In this document: one piece after another, positions 10,935 through 24,826 of the stretch
Numbering within the stretch: the first letter of the stretch is position 1
Layout of the letters: each line of letters opens with the position of its first letter
Assembly (NCBI GenBank): GCA_016748015.1
Contig: JAAOMT010000200.1
Location: 122,984 to 186,983 of the forward strand
Source: Geosiphon pyriformis uo1
Lineage: Eukaryota; Fungi; Glomeromycota
DNA: 64,000 bases
Reading direction: 5' to 3'
The notes under the pieces: model-generated
Seen by the model: only the letters and a program-made list of their open reading frames with translations
Told to the model about the DNA's origin: nothing
Database searches by the model: none
Translations under genes and position numbers: made by a program

Positions 10935-12732
10935 ATGAAAAAGACTGCTAAAGTTTCTGGTTCTAATGATAGCTTCAAACCTGTTCTTCCAAGAAAAAAG
11001 AGGAGAAGTGGTGCATTAGAAGATAGTTTTAGTGATAAGATTGTTGGTTCTGAGGTTCAAAATAGTCATTCATAGGGTTCAAGAACTGGTGATACCACTG
11101 AATCTAATAGCATTGACATGGAGGAAAAATGTCTGGTTGAAGAAACTAGCTTTAGGCAAGAAAGTAGAGAAGAGTCTGGTGGTATTGATACTGATATGAT
11201 GCCTAAAAGTCCCAAAAGAATTGTTACCAAGCATACTCTTGGGAAGTTTTTTGGCACTATTAACTTTGGCATGGAAAATAATGATGATGATAATATTTTG
11301 GATGGATTACTCTCTCTCTCTTCCTCTCTCTCTCTCAAACATATGGTGCAAGTCTCAGTCAGAAAATCTTTTGCTCTGGATATTAATCTTGGAATGGTGG
11401 CTGACAAATCATCTCAAGAGAAATTAGCTTATGTCAAAAAAAATTTTTCTGGTGTGAATGGTTTTGGGAGGGCCTTTACTCCCTCAAAATTTGGTGAAAT
11501 AATTCGGACTTCTTTTACTTCTGATGAGGCAATGATGGCTGCAGCAAAATTGGCAAATGATTGTGATGTTGTGATAAACACCAATCTTAAGTGCTCTAGT
11601 AACAATTGTATGAATTAGGCAATTGTGCTAAAAGAGATTCCAGTGGGAACATCTGTGGAGACTGTGCACATGGCTGTGTCCAAATTTGGAGTAATTAAGA
11701 TGATCAAAATGCAACTGGTGGGTTTGTAGCAGAAAGTGATCATTGAATTGGAGAATCAGAATCAAGCTGATCTGTTAGCTGCTAAATAGTCCATCTTAAT
11801 CAGAAAAAATGCAGTATGAGTGGCCAGGGCTGACATTAACAAACAGTCATGGAATGTTCAAGATAGTTTCAGAGTCTTGCTGTATACTTTCCTCATGGAA
11901 ACCACTGCTCATGATTTGTGAGAATTTATTGGTTCTGTTGGTGGGAAGACCTGCTTCATTGATCGTAATTCTGTCAGTTATTTTCATGCCCACTGTGCTA
12001 CTGTGTGCTTTAACTCTGAATCAGATTTGGTTGGTGCGACTCCAGTTATAAAGGGTGTTAGTCTTTACTGGTCTCATCTCTCTCAGGCTTCTTGTGCGGT
12101 TTGCAAAAGTTTTGGTTATACATCTCTTAATTGTTGGTCAATTAAGGATGCTGTGGCTTTAGGCAGCAGAAAGGCTCCTCTTTTGGTCCAAGACCAGTTC
12201 AGATTGGCTAGGATTTATGTGAAAAAGTCTGCACCTATTTCTTGTTCTTTGGCTTTTGGTGGTAAAACTTGGGCGTTAGTAGTTGGTGCTCCTTCTGTGC
12301 ACGCTTCTCATGGTGCTGGTATGTCTCTTGGTTTCAATAAAATTGGTGAACTCCTTTCTCCAGTTGTGAATGACTTGGAATTACATCTGGTTGGTATTGA
12401 AAACAGTCTTGTCAGCCTCGCAGGACAGATTAGTGAGTTGGCTAAGAGGTTGGAGTCACTTGTGCTGGCAGTTTCCCAGCCTAGCTCTGGATGTCAACTA
12501 CTGGTGACCCCCCCCATTACAGAATCAAGGGGAGAATATAATGATGGGAGTGGGTTCAGGTGAAGCCACCAGTAACAAGATTGTTCCAATTGTGGACTCG
12601 ACAGCATCCCCTCATGTTGTCAAACTGGAAAAAATACTGGATGGTCTCTTCAGGTCTGTGTTAAGCTTGTCTGCTTACTTCAATAGTTTGGCTTTGGCTG
12701 ATGGTACCACTTTCCTAACTTCTTCTCAATGA
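10935..12732 (+). pseudogene. LINE copy 1 ORF1 (RRM-like domains, CCHC knuckle, coiled coil)
   Basis: Homologous to 18221..20019: SFALDI, NGFG, IVLKEIPVGT, CxxCxxxGYxxxxC; premature stops. Confidence 0.88.
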
Positions 12733-15700
12733 GTAATCTTGTTTGGAGGATTGCTATGTGCAATATTAGAGGTATGAACATTCCTACAAAACAGGATAAT
12801 ATTGTTAGATGGCATAAAGATATGAACAATTTGGTTTTGATTTTCATGGAGACAAAGTTAAAAAATAAGGCTCGTCCTTGATTGGTCGACAAATTTGATG
12901 ATGTTCGTGTGTTTTCTTCTGGTTTGAACTCTGGCTATGTAGGTGCTGGTATTGTAATTGTTATGAACAGATCTTTGGCCAGATATGTATATAAAATTTC
13001 TAAGGTCTTAGGTTGTCTTCTTTGCATTAGATTACTTTTCAAAAACAAACTTTTGGTTTCAATTCTGGATCTGTATACTGGTGCCTCCTTGGCTACTCAA
13101 TTTTCCCAAGCTAATGAGGTCAATTTCTTAATTGCAAGGGCTGTAAATGAATCATCTTTTGTCATTCTTGGTGGTGATTTCAACGAAGATGGCTTTTGTA
13201 AGTGTGCTAGTTTTAAAAAATGCCATGACTTGGGTTTGGTTAATTCTTTGGATGGGAGCTCCTTTGCTAAGGTGCTAACTTGGAGCAATTCTCAGGGTGT
13301 TTCAAAAATGATTGATTATGTATTTGTTTCCTCAAATCTGGTGAATGCAATAATGCAATGTGGTGTTTTTGTTGTTAGTAAGCATTTTGACATGGATTAC
13401 AGAGCTGTTTCTGTGTCTTTGGGTTTAGGTGGTCTTCTAGATACAAGATTAAACTCTCTTTGCAAACAGGCAAATAAGGATCAATGGAAGTTCAATTTCA
13501 AGAGTGCTGATGAGATCAAATGAAATAATTTTAAACATTTTACACTGGCAAATGCTGCAATGTTCTCAGGTGAATTCACTGCATCTGTGAGGTTTTCAAA
13601 TTTAAACACTATGTGGTGTATTGTGTGCAAAATTATGACTCTTTTGGCTAATAAAATTTTCAAAAAAAAGTGGTTCAAGGGGTTTGATAAAGTTTTTACT
13701 AAGAATTCTTCAAAGTTTCATAAATTAGAGCTTTTGGTTTCTAGGATTGTCAAGGCTTTATGTAGGGAAGATGCTGAAAACTTTGTTTATCTTATGAAAT
13801 GTTGGAGTTCTGTGGACAATGTCAAGTCTTTTGTTGTTCAAAATCTAGTAGACTCTGGAACTGGTTCTGATTGTATTTGTTCTGCTCTTTTTGGTGCTAG
13901 AAAGTCTTACCATGCTTCCAAAATTACTGAATCTCTAAGAGTTAAGGAAGCTAACATCAGATCTGCCATTAATAAGAAAATGGAGAGCTTCGAGGTCAAC
14001 AAGAGTCATATGATCAGAGATGTACTAGAGCATCCTTTCTGTAAAGTGGTGTTAGACCATCTGGTAATTAATAATGATCTGATTTTAGAGCCTGATTTGG
14101 TTAAGTCTAAGGTAGATGTGATCATGGAGGGATGGACCAGGAAGCATCATGTTGCTAATGATATCTTGATTGATTGGCACCATCAATATCAATCTTTGGA
14201 TTATGTTTTTGATGAGGTCTTTTCTGGTATAATGTGCCCAATTGGTTTTGATGAATTCTTTGGGGTGGTTTCTGATTTGCCTGATGGCAAAGCTGCTGGT
14301 TTGTCTGGTATTTCAAATAAACTTTGGAAACATTGCAATAAGTCTGTTCTGGATATGCTCTTGGTAATTTTAAATCTTTGTCTGTCTGATGAATTGGTGC
14401 CTGGCTCTTGGAAAGAGGCCTGGGTCTCAATGATTCCCAAACTGTATGAGTAAAAAGGTGTCTTAACCAATACTCGTCCTATTGCTTTGATTGAAACAGC
14501 TTGTAAAATTCTTTCTAAGATTCTTTTAAACAGAATCTCCTCAGCATGTAGTGCTTTTGATATCTTTCATGGGGACAACTTCTTGGTTTTAAAGGGTACA
14601 ATAACTTAGTTTCCTATTTTTGCAATTGGTTCAGTGGTTGAGAACACTTTGAAAAAGAACCAAGAACTCTGACTGGTTCTGCAGGACATGTGGAAAGCAT
14701 ATGATTCGGTTGGCTGGGAACATCTCAAAAATAATTTGGTTAGGATTAAGATGTGTAGCAGATTTATTCATTTTTTTGGCAACATTTACAATAATCGTAC
14801 CAACCAGGTTATGATTGATTTTGGTTTGATGAATGGTTATCATGTACATGATGGTCTGGATCAAGGAGAAGTTTTTTCCCCCCTTTTGTGGCAAATATTT
14901 TATGACCCTTTGTTGTGTGAAATCAAGTGCCAGGAGAGTGTATGTAGATATAGGCTGAATTCTCATTTTATTTCTAAAAATGGTCGTGCTAAGTCTTGTG
15001 CTGGACATTCTTCCTTTTTTGTTGCTGGCACCTTTGTTGATGATATGATTTGGGTTGATAGCAGTCAAAGTGCTACTCAACATATTTTCAACATTGCCAG
15101 TAAATTTTTTCAGATCAATGATATCTCAATTAACAATGACAAAACAGTGGTGATTTTTATTAACAGCAGAATCAGCAATTCTTCTCTCACTATCAGTGGT
15201 CTGCCTATTTCGATCGCCAAAAAGGGGGAGTTTTATAAATACTTGGGTATTTTTCTTTCAACGGAGGGCCTTTCCAAACCTAGTTTGGCGAGAGCGCATT
15301 CAGATGTTTGTTTTTTCACTAATTTGGTGTTGAAAAAAGCTGTCTCGGATAAACAGTTTTTGTATTTGGTTTTGACAGTTCTCCACCCTATTGTAAGCTA
15401 TAGGACACAGTTTAGCTTTATTCCTATTGGTGTGTGTGACAAATGAGATGCTTTGATTTGCAAGGGCTTAAAGCTAAAATCTGGTCTTCCATTGGACTTT
15501 TCTAGTGATACAATTTACCATTCCTCTTTTTATGGTTTGAAGTCTTTTTTGCAATGTTAATTTGAGGGTAAAATTGCTTTGCTTATTAGTTTTGCAAACT
15601 CTGGTGGGATTTTGGGGCACTTGTTCAGTCACAGATCTCATGACTTACAGGTTCAATGTTGGCAACCTATCCACCTATTGGTCTTTTCTGCTCGTATTTG

Positions 15701-17408
15701 TGTCAATGTTTCAAATAATTTCTTAGCTAATATGGTTCACATTCTTTTTGACTGCAAGCTATCTTTGGGCAGCTTTTTGGCCAGCTCTTTCTGGTTTCAT
15801 GGTGGAATACCTATGTCTGTTGTTCTTGGTGAGCTTCTGTTTTGTAAGATTTTATCTTTTCTCTGGTAGTATGATATTGTTTTCATGGACTAGCTTCGTG
15901 ATCATTTTGGTAGTGTCTTTAGCTAGCACACCTTTAAGAAGTGGAAGAAGCTGGACCCTCATGGTCTAGTTCCCAATTGGTTTGATATTTCTGTTGCTTT
16001 TCTTGTGACTTCTCGTTTTTCTCCCTTAGCATCGGCTGGTGTTGGTCTTCTGGACATTCATAGTTCCGATGATTTTATATCTGTCTGTGATCATCTTTTT
16101 TGGATTGACACTAATAACTTGTCTGTATACACGGATGGTTCAGTAAAAAATTTGGGCATGATTGGTTGTAGAGCCAGAGCTGCTGCCTTTTTTGAGAACA
16201 TTAATTTGGAGTTGGGTGTTAGTGTTTAGGGCTTAATATCATTCACTTTAGTAGAGCTGCAGGCTATTGCATTGGCTCTAAAGTGTATGCCTGCAGCTCA
16301 TTCTGTTCATCTGTTTTCGGATAGTCAGGCGGCTTTGAATGCTTGCAGGTCAGAATCTGACCTAGTGTATCCTGATTTTTACAATCAGTGTTGGGTCAAG
16401 TGTTGGCATATCAGGAATGTTATTCACAGTAAAAATTTGAGGGTTAAATAGTGCAAGATTAAGGGCCACTCTGGTATCTCAGGAAATGATTACACTGATA
16501 GCCTTGCTAACACTGCATCTCTCTCTGGTTGGTATTTTCCTTCTTGTGTTAATGAACATTTTTTATTGGCAGATGGTGGTGTTGTATCTGGTAATTCTAG
16601 GCATTTTGTTTGTGATATTTTTCATGCTGTTTGTGGAGTGTGTTGGAAGGTCGGATCTGGTTCTAGATTTCTAGATAGTGATTTGTGTTCAAATGTTGAT
16701 TGGCTTTGTTCTTCTAGAGTTTGGCACTCTGATTTGCATATAGCTACTGGTTTCACCAGCAGGCTGACTGCTGATACTTGAACTTACTTCATGAAGGCTT
16801 TGTACCATTGGCTTCCCATAGCTGTTCGGAAGCGCATTTATGACAAATGTTACCCTAGTGTTTTGTGTCTGTATTGTGGTGAGATTGAGGTGTCTGACCA
16901 CATGTTTTCTTGTGTGGTTGATGATTCAGCTCATTTTCAGGTCTTAGAATCTTGTATATTTTCTTGGAAGGTGCTTTCTGGTTTCTTCCTTCCTTCTTTG
17001 GGTGTGTTGCAACTGCTATCGACCTGTGCTTTAAATTTCCTGGTTTTTTTAGCTCTTTACAAGGGTTTTGTTTTCAATGGTTGGCTTTGGGAGGCTATTT
17101 CCATCTTTCATGATCCCAAAGTTGCTGGTATTAGAATTTTTGATTTTGTGCGATCTATTTATCTTGTCTTTAAGAATGACATTTGGTTGGTCCATGCTAA
17201 GCATTATGCATTCATGAAAAAGAATGGCCTAATCCCTGTAAATGGCTCAATCCCCATCTCAGTCTCTGGTTTGGTTTTGAAGTTCTCGGCTGGTGTAATT
17301 AAATTACTTGGTATTGCTAAAGCTTTTGGTATTTGTTTTGGCTTTTGCAAGTTTTGTTTATTTTTTTCAGGTATTGGTGATCTGGTTTCTGTTAATATAA
17401 GTGTATAG
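12729..17408 (+). pseudogene. LINE copy 1 ORF2: AP endonuclease-RT-RNase H-CCHC
   Basis: GDFN and IDY (APE); KAYDSV, GLDQG, FVDD (RT); YTDGS, SDSQ, KGHSG (RNase H); CLYC..H..C. All fragments in one frame. Confidence 0.95.
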
Positions 17409-18220
17409 TGTTGTTCTGACTGGCTTGAATGGCTGGTCACATGTAGAAAATGCATGATTCATGCTTAGTTTAGATTATTTCATTGATGTATAGTTCTAAG
17501 TAGTGTTTGGACCTCACTTATTAAATGAATAAAAAAAAATTAATTAATTAATTAAAATTAGCTTTAATAAATATATTATTATTATTATTATTTAAATAAA
17601 AAAAATTATTGTTTATAATTAAATTTAAATTAAATACTATAATTAATATAGTTATTATAAAATTAATATAAATACCAAAAAAACCAAAAAAAATAAATTC
17701 TAAATTAAAAACATTTTTACAAAACATTAAAAAAAAGTATTTTTTTAATTTTTAATTTTTTAAATTCTTTATTTTAATAGTAATTATATTAGAATTAATT
17801 TTAATTAATTACTTAAAAAAAAATTTTTAAAAATAATGTTTTTTTAATAATTAAAAGTTGTTTTATGTTTTTATTATTTAAAAAAAATATTTTAAAAAAA
17901 TATTATTTAATTATTTTTATTTTAATTACTATTTAGTAAACAAAATTTAAATTATATATTTAATATATATAACCAACTATTTAGATTAATTAAGAGAATA
18001 TTAATTGTTTATTTTAATTAAAACAGTATTATTTAAATTAGAAAAAAACTAATAATACATATATATTTTACAAAAAACACTTAACTTCTTTCTTTTCTTC
18101 ATCTAATATTTCCAAAAAAGAGTCAAAAGTTTTTTTGAAAAAAGTTTTTTTACCATTCAGTATGATAAATCAAAACCATTTTTCGATTATGAGGCCACTG
18201 TTGGCTCTGTTATTGCTGTT

Positions 18221-20019
18221 ATGAAGAAGGCTACCAAAGTTTTTGGTTCTGAGGGTAGTTTTAAGACAGTTGCATCGAGAAAGAAGAGAAAGGGTGGTGT
18301 ATTGGCAGAGAGTGTTGATAATAGTGAGGTTGCTGATAAAGCTCTTGGAAATTGTTTATGGGGTTCTGAGGCAGGTGACACTACTGAATCTGAGAGTATT
18401 GACATGGAGGAGGAGTGTTTGGTTGAGGAAACCAGTGTTGACTATGGTGAGAATAATGCTTTCGCAGAAGAGGATCCTGATCAAATGCCTAAAAGTTTGC
18501 GTGTAAAGACCAAAAAGGTGTTAGGAAAGCCTCTGGGTGTGATTGATTATGGTACTGTCAATGTAGATAATGACGTGTTAGATGGTTCCTTCCTTCTCCC
18601 ACCCCCTTTGCCTATCAAACTGTCCATTCAAGTGCCTGTTTGCAAGTCCTTTGCTTTAGATATTGATCTCGTGGCTGTTGCTGGGAAATCATCTCAGGAG
18701 AAATTAAACTTTGTCAGAAAAATTTTTTCAGGTGTGAATGGTTTTGGGGGGGTTTCTGCTTCCTCAAAATTTGGTGGAATCATCCGGGCATCTTTTACTT
18801 CCGAAAAAATGATGATGGCAGCTGCTCAATTGGCAAATGATTGTAGTGTTGTGGTAAACACTGATCTTAAGCATCCCATCAACAATCATACGAATCGGGC
18901 AATTGTGTTGAAAGAAATTCCTGTGGGAACTTCCATCGAGGCAGTGCGTGCAGCCATTTCTGAATTTGGGCTTATTAAGTCGATCAAAATGCAGTTGGTG
19001 GGTCTATGGCAAAAGGCAATCATCAAATTGGAAGATCAAATTCAGGCTGATCTCTTGGCAGCTAAGTGGTCTGTTCTTATTGGGAAAGATGCAATGTGTG
19101 TGGCCCAGGCCAATGTTGACAAACAAACATGGGATGCCAGAGATGAGTTCAGGGCTTTGCTTTACACTCTTCTTATGGGCACCACCACTCATGATCTTTG
19201 GGACTTCATTGGTTTGGTTGGTGGGAAAACATGTGTTATTGAATGCAGCTCTGTCAGTTATGTCCGAGCACGCTGTGCCACTGTGTGCTTCGATTCTGAG
19301 GGTAGCCTTATTCAGGCAATGGCAAACACTCCTGTTATAAAAGGCATTGGTCTCCGTTGGTCTTGTTTGACCGTTGCACTGTGCTCAATTTGCAGAAATT
19401 CCAGTTATACTTCTCTCACTTGTCGTACTGCTGGTGCATCCCCAAGTCCTAGGAGCAAGAGAGCTCCTCTTTCAGCTCAGGATCAGCTCTGTCTGGCTAA
19501 GATATATGAAAAAAAATCTGCCACTGTTTCTCACCCTTTGGCTTTCGGTGGAAAACCTGGGTCTCCGTGGTTGGTAAACCACTTCCGTTAGCATCATTTA
19601 GTGGTTCAGCTTAATTTGGTTCCATATCTTATAGTAAATCTCTCCTAACTGTTAGTGATAAATTGAAAGACCATTTGAAGAATATTAAGAGCAGTCTTGT
19701 CAGCCTCGCGGGACAAATTGGTGAGTTGGCTAAGAGGTTAGACTCATTTGTGCTGGCAGTTTCCCAGCCTAGCCCTGGATGTCAGCTGCTAGTGATCCCC
19801 CCATCACAGAATCAAGGGGAAGATATAGTGATAGGAGTGGGTTCAGATGATGCCACTAGTAACAAAACTGCTGTCGTTACAGGTTCAACTGCCTCACCTA
19901 AGGTTGTGAAATTGGAAAACATGTTGGAAGGTCTCTCTGCTTCGGTCATGAGCCTATTGGCGCGCTTGAATGGTTTGGCTTTGGCAGGTGGTGCTCTTCC
20001 TTTACCTCTTTCTCAATGA
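18221..20019 (+). pseudogene. LINE copy 2 ORF1
   Basis: 456-aa open segment with RRM-like blocks and Cys knuckle, frameshift near 19555, then ORF 19663..20019. Confidence 0.9.
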
Positions 20020-23000
20020 GTGGTCTGGTGTGGAAAATTGCTACGTGTAATGTTCATGGGTTGAACAATCCTGCGAAGCAAGATGATGTCATTCGTTGGC
20101 ATAGGAATATGGACAATTTAGTTTCTATTTTCACTAAGTCAAAGCTTAAAGAAAAAGTTCGTCCATGGTTGGCCAACAAATTTGATGGTGTTCGGGTTTT
20201 TATTTCTGGTCTGGATTCTGGTTCTTTGGGTGCTGGAGTGTTAATCGTCATGAATTCTTCTTTGGCAAGGCACGTTTTCAAGATTTCTGAGGTGCCCGGC
20301 TGGCTCCTCTCTGTCAGACTTCTCTTCAAAAATAAACTTTTGGTTTCTGTTTTGGGTCTCTATGCTGGTGCCTCTTCAAGTATCTGATTCTCACAGGCTG
20401 GCGACATTAATTCTTTGATTGCTAAAGCAGTAAATGAATTTTCTTTTGTGGTTTTGGGTGGTAACTTCAATGAGAATAGTGTTTATAAGAGTGCCAGTTT
20501 CAAAAAGTGCTTTGATTTGGGTCTGGTTAATGCCTTGGGTGGAAGTGTGCTTGCAAAGACGCTGACATGGGGTAACTCTTGTAGTATTGTCAAGACCATT
20601 AACTATATGTTTGTCTCTTCGAGCTTGGTCAATGCTGTGGTGGATCGTGGTGTGACTGGGGTCGAGGACTTTTTTGATACTGATCATAAGGCTGTTTCTG
20701 TTTCTGTGGGTTTGGGTAGCTTGCTTAACTCTCAGCTGAATTCGATATGCAAGCAGGCTAATAAAGATCGTTGGAAGTTTGATTTCGGGAATGCTGGCAA
20801 AAAAGAGTAGAACAATTTTAAGGATGCTACGTTGGCCAATGGCCTAATGTTCTCGAGTGATTTCGCTGCTTCTGCGGAATCTTTAAATTTGGATGCTATG
20901 TGGGACATTGTATGCAAAGTAATGGTTTTCTCAACAGTTGGAACATTCAAAAAAAAATGGTTTAAAGGTTATAATAAGGTTTTTACCAAGAGTTCTTCTA
21001 GGTTTCACAAGCTTAAGTTGCTGGTATCCAAGCTGGTTAAGGTGTCTCGTTTGTTGTCTAGTGTGGATTTTGCATCATTGTTGAATACATAAGAGAAGCT
21101 CGATGTTAATGGTGTTTCAGTGGTGAAGTCTTTATTTCTTTTAAGCTCCAGTTTTGACAGGATTCGCTTGGCTCTGGCTAAGGCAAGGAAGTCTTACCAC
21201 TCTGCTAAGTTGCTAGAATCCAAACATGCTGAGGAATCCCGTATCAGGGCGGCTATTGATAGAAGAATGGAAAGTTTCAAATCAGACAAGGGTCACACTA
21301 TTAGGAGTGTTTTGGAGCATCCCTTTCACAAAGTGGTACTGGATCATCTGGTTGTGGGTGATGAGTTGATTTTGGAGCCCAGTTCAGTCAAGGCTAGGGT
21401 GGATGGGATCATGGAAGGCTAGACCAGGAAGCACAAGGTGGTGCCAGATATCTCTGATATTTGGTCTTGCCAGTACAAGCCTTTAGAGTATGTTTTTGAT
21501 GGTGCATTTTCTGGTGTAATGTGTCCTATTGGTTTCAATGAGTTGTTCAGTGTGGTTTCTGGTCTGTCTGAAGGCAAGACTGCTGGTCTTTCTGGGATTT
21601 CGAACGAGCTCTGAAAACACTATAACAAATCAATTTTGGACATGCTTTTGGTGCTTTTAAATTCTTGTTTGATTCGTGAGTCAATATCTAGTGCTTGGAA
21701 GGAAGCCTGGGTCTCAATGATCCCTAAGCCGTATGAGTGGGAAGAGGTTTTTACGAACACCCAACCTATTGCCTTGATTGAAACTGCCCACAAGATTCTT
21801 TCCAAGATTTTTTTAGATAGGATCTCGTTGGTTTGTAGTACTTTTGATGTTCTGCATAAGGACAATTTTTCAGTTTTAAAGGGTATAACAACACAGTCTC
21901 CTATTTTTGCCATTGGTTCGGTTATTGAGAATGCTTTGGAGAAGAATCGTGAGCTCTGGTTGGTCTTGCAAGACATGTGGAAGGCTTATGATTCTGTTGG
22001 GTGGAAACATCTTCAGGATAGTTTGGTTAGGATAAAGATGTATAACAGGTTCATTAGGTTCTTTGGTGGCATCCACAGTAGTTACATTAACAAAGTTATG
22101 ACAGATTTTGGTTTAACAGATGAGTACGTGGTGCATGATGGCTTGGACCAGAGGGAGGTGTTCTCATCATTCCTCTGGCACATATTTTATGATCCCCTTT
22201 TGTGTGAAGTTAAGAGACAGGCAAATGGGTGTGGCTATAGATTGAATTCTCATTTCATTTCTGGATGTGGTCATGCTGAGTCTCGGGCTGGTGTATCTTC
22301 ATTTTTCGCAGTGGGTGCCTTTGTTGATGATACTATATGGGTTGGCAGCAGTCAAAGTATCACACAACACATTCTCAACATTGCTAGTGAATTTTTCAAT
22401 ATCAATGACATCTCGATTAATAATAATAAGACTGTTGCCATTCCCATCAATTGTGATGGTACAGCTTCCTCTTTGCTGATCAGCAGGTCACCTATTTCTA
22501 TCACCAAGAAGGGGGAATCACATTGCTATTTGGGGATCTATTTGTCAACTGAGGGTCTTTCGAAGCCTAGTTTGGCTAAGGCGCATTCTGATGTCTGGTT
22601 TTTTTTTAATTTAGTCCTGAAAAAAGCAGTATCTGATAAACAACTTTCATATTTGGTTTCAGCAGTCTTTTTTCCTATCATTGAATATAGAATACAGTTC
22701 AGTTACGTTCTTATTAGTTCTTGTAGAAAGTGGGATATTTTGATTCGTAAGGACTTGAGATCTAAGTCTGGTTTGCCACATGATTTCTCCAATGATGCGA
22801 TTCATCATCCTTCTCTGTATGATTTGAAGACTTTTGAGCAAGTTCAAGCTAAGAGCAAGTTGGCTTCAGTCATTTCTTTTGTGAACTCTGTTGGGATTTT
22901 GGGGTGTCTATTTTCTCACTGGTCACATGATCTGCAGGTTCTCTGCTGGCGCCTGCTACATCCGTTGCAGTATCTGGTTCATGTTAAAGTCAATCCTCTA

Positions 23001-24704
23001 AACAATTTTCTGGCGGGTGTGGTGCACATTTTCTCTGGGTGTGATTTGTTGTTGGGTGGCTCTCTAACTAGCACTTTTTATCGTCAGGGTGGAACCCCTA
23101 TGTCTCTTGTTCTTGGTGAATCAAATTATGTCAAGAGTGTCTCTTCACTTCAGCATTATGGGATTGCTTTTGTAGACTAGCTACGGGACCGAAATGGGAC
23201 TGTTTCCGAGTGAAAAACCTTCAAATGGTGGAAGCAGTTAGACCCACGTGGTCTGGTTCCTGTCTGGTTTGAGCTGTTGGTTCGTTTTCTTGGTGGCGTG
23301 TCTTCTTTTCCTGTCTGCTTTACACTTTTGGCTGATTGCAGCTCTTTGGATGTTCTTTGGTCTCATGAGTTTGGCATCATTGGTGCCGGTTTATTCAATT
23401 CTAATGTTGGTCGTTTTTTCATTTACACAGATGGATTTCTAAGTGATTTAGAGACTGTTAATATGAAAGCTGGGGCTGCTGTTTTCTTTGAGAATATTGG
23501 TATGGGTTTGGGTGTGGGGGTATCTGGTTTGATGTCTTTTACCTTAATGGAACTGCAGGCTATTGCTTTGACACTTGAGTGCATTCCTTCTTCTTGTTCG
23601 GTTGACTTGTTCTCGGACAGTCAGGCTGCTTTGAATGCTTGCAGGTTGGAAATAAAATTGGTTTGCCCAGATTTTAGGAATTGGTGTTGGATTGAATGCC
23701 ACCATATTGTTAATGTCATTCATCATAAGAATTTAAAAGTTAATTGGTGTAAGGTAAAAGGACACTCAGGGGTTTTAGGCAATGAATAGGCTGATAAGTT
23801 GGCCAGGGCTGCAGCTCTTTCTAGTTGGCATCTGCCCTATTCTGTCGATGAACGCTATCTTATGGGTGGGGAAGCAACCATTTCTGGTAATTCTAGACAT
23901 TTTGTTCAGGATATTTTTCGGTCAGTTTATTGTGCACATTGGGAAATCAGTTGTGGTATGAGAGTGGTGGCAGATAGTCTGTGTACAGATATTGATTGGT
24001 TTAGGTTGTCACTGGTTTGGCATCCGGATTCTCACATGGCTGCTGGCTTCACTAGCAAGCAGACTGCTGGTTTCTGGACTTACTTTATGAAGGCATTGCA
24101 CTATTGGCTCCCTGTCGCCATGCATAAGCGGTTTTATGATAAGCAATACCCCAATGTGATGTGTTTGTTTTGCGGTGATGTCGAGGTCTCAGACCATGTG
24201 TTTTCTTGTTCATTTGATACCAATGGTCGTGCTCAGTTGTTGGACGCTCATGCAGCAGTTTGGGGTGTACACTCCGGTTTGGCTCATTCTTCCTCAGGTG
24301 TCTTGCAGCTGATGTCTACTTGTGTATTTAACATTTCAGTTAATACTGCTCTATACAAAGGTTTTGTTTTCAAGGATTGGTTTCGTGAGTCTGTTTCTGT
24401 CTTCAAGAATTCCAGAATAGCAGGTCAGAACATTGTGGCTTTTGTGCATGAGTTTAGCTTGGCTTTTTGGGAAGACATTTGGTTGGTTCGCGCCAAGCAC
24501 CGTGCTTTTATGGAAAAGAATGGGCTTATTCCGTGCGATAGGTCAGTTTCTGTCTCGATTTCTGGGCTTTTTTTAGGGCTGTCATCTAGTGTGACTTGGC
24601 TGCTGGGTATTGCTGAGGCAATTGGTATTGGTTTTGAATTCTGTAAGTCTTGTTTGTTTTTTTTAGGCATAAGGGATGAGGTTTCTGTTCATATAGGTGC
24701 TTAG
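20016..24704 (+). pseudogene. LINE copy 2 ORF2: APE-RT-RNase H-CCHC
   Basis: ATCNV, GNFN, TDH; QDMWKAYDSV, AFVDD; YTDG, ELQAI, SDSQ, KVKGHSG; CLFC..DH..C. One frame, broken only by stops. Confidence 0.96.
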
Positions 24705-24826
24705 TGTTGTCCTGATTGGTCCGAGTGGCTGGTCACGTGTAGATAATGCATAATTCACACCTAGTTTAGATCATTTGTATAATGTATTGCACTAGGCAGT
24801 GTTTGGACTTCGCTTGTTAAATATTA

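Larger units (their letters stand above)
10803..17538 (+). mobile_element. Full-length non-LTR retrotransposon, LINE copy 1
   Basis: 5'UTR shared with copies 2 and 3, ORF1, ORF2, conserved 3'UTR, A-tail. Candidate TSD ATTAATTAA (10794-10802 / 17539-17547) in low-complexity context. Confidence 0.95.
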
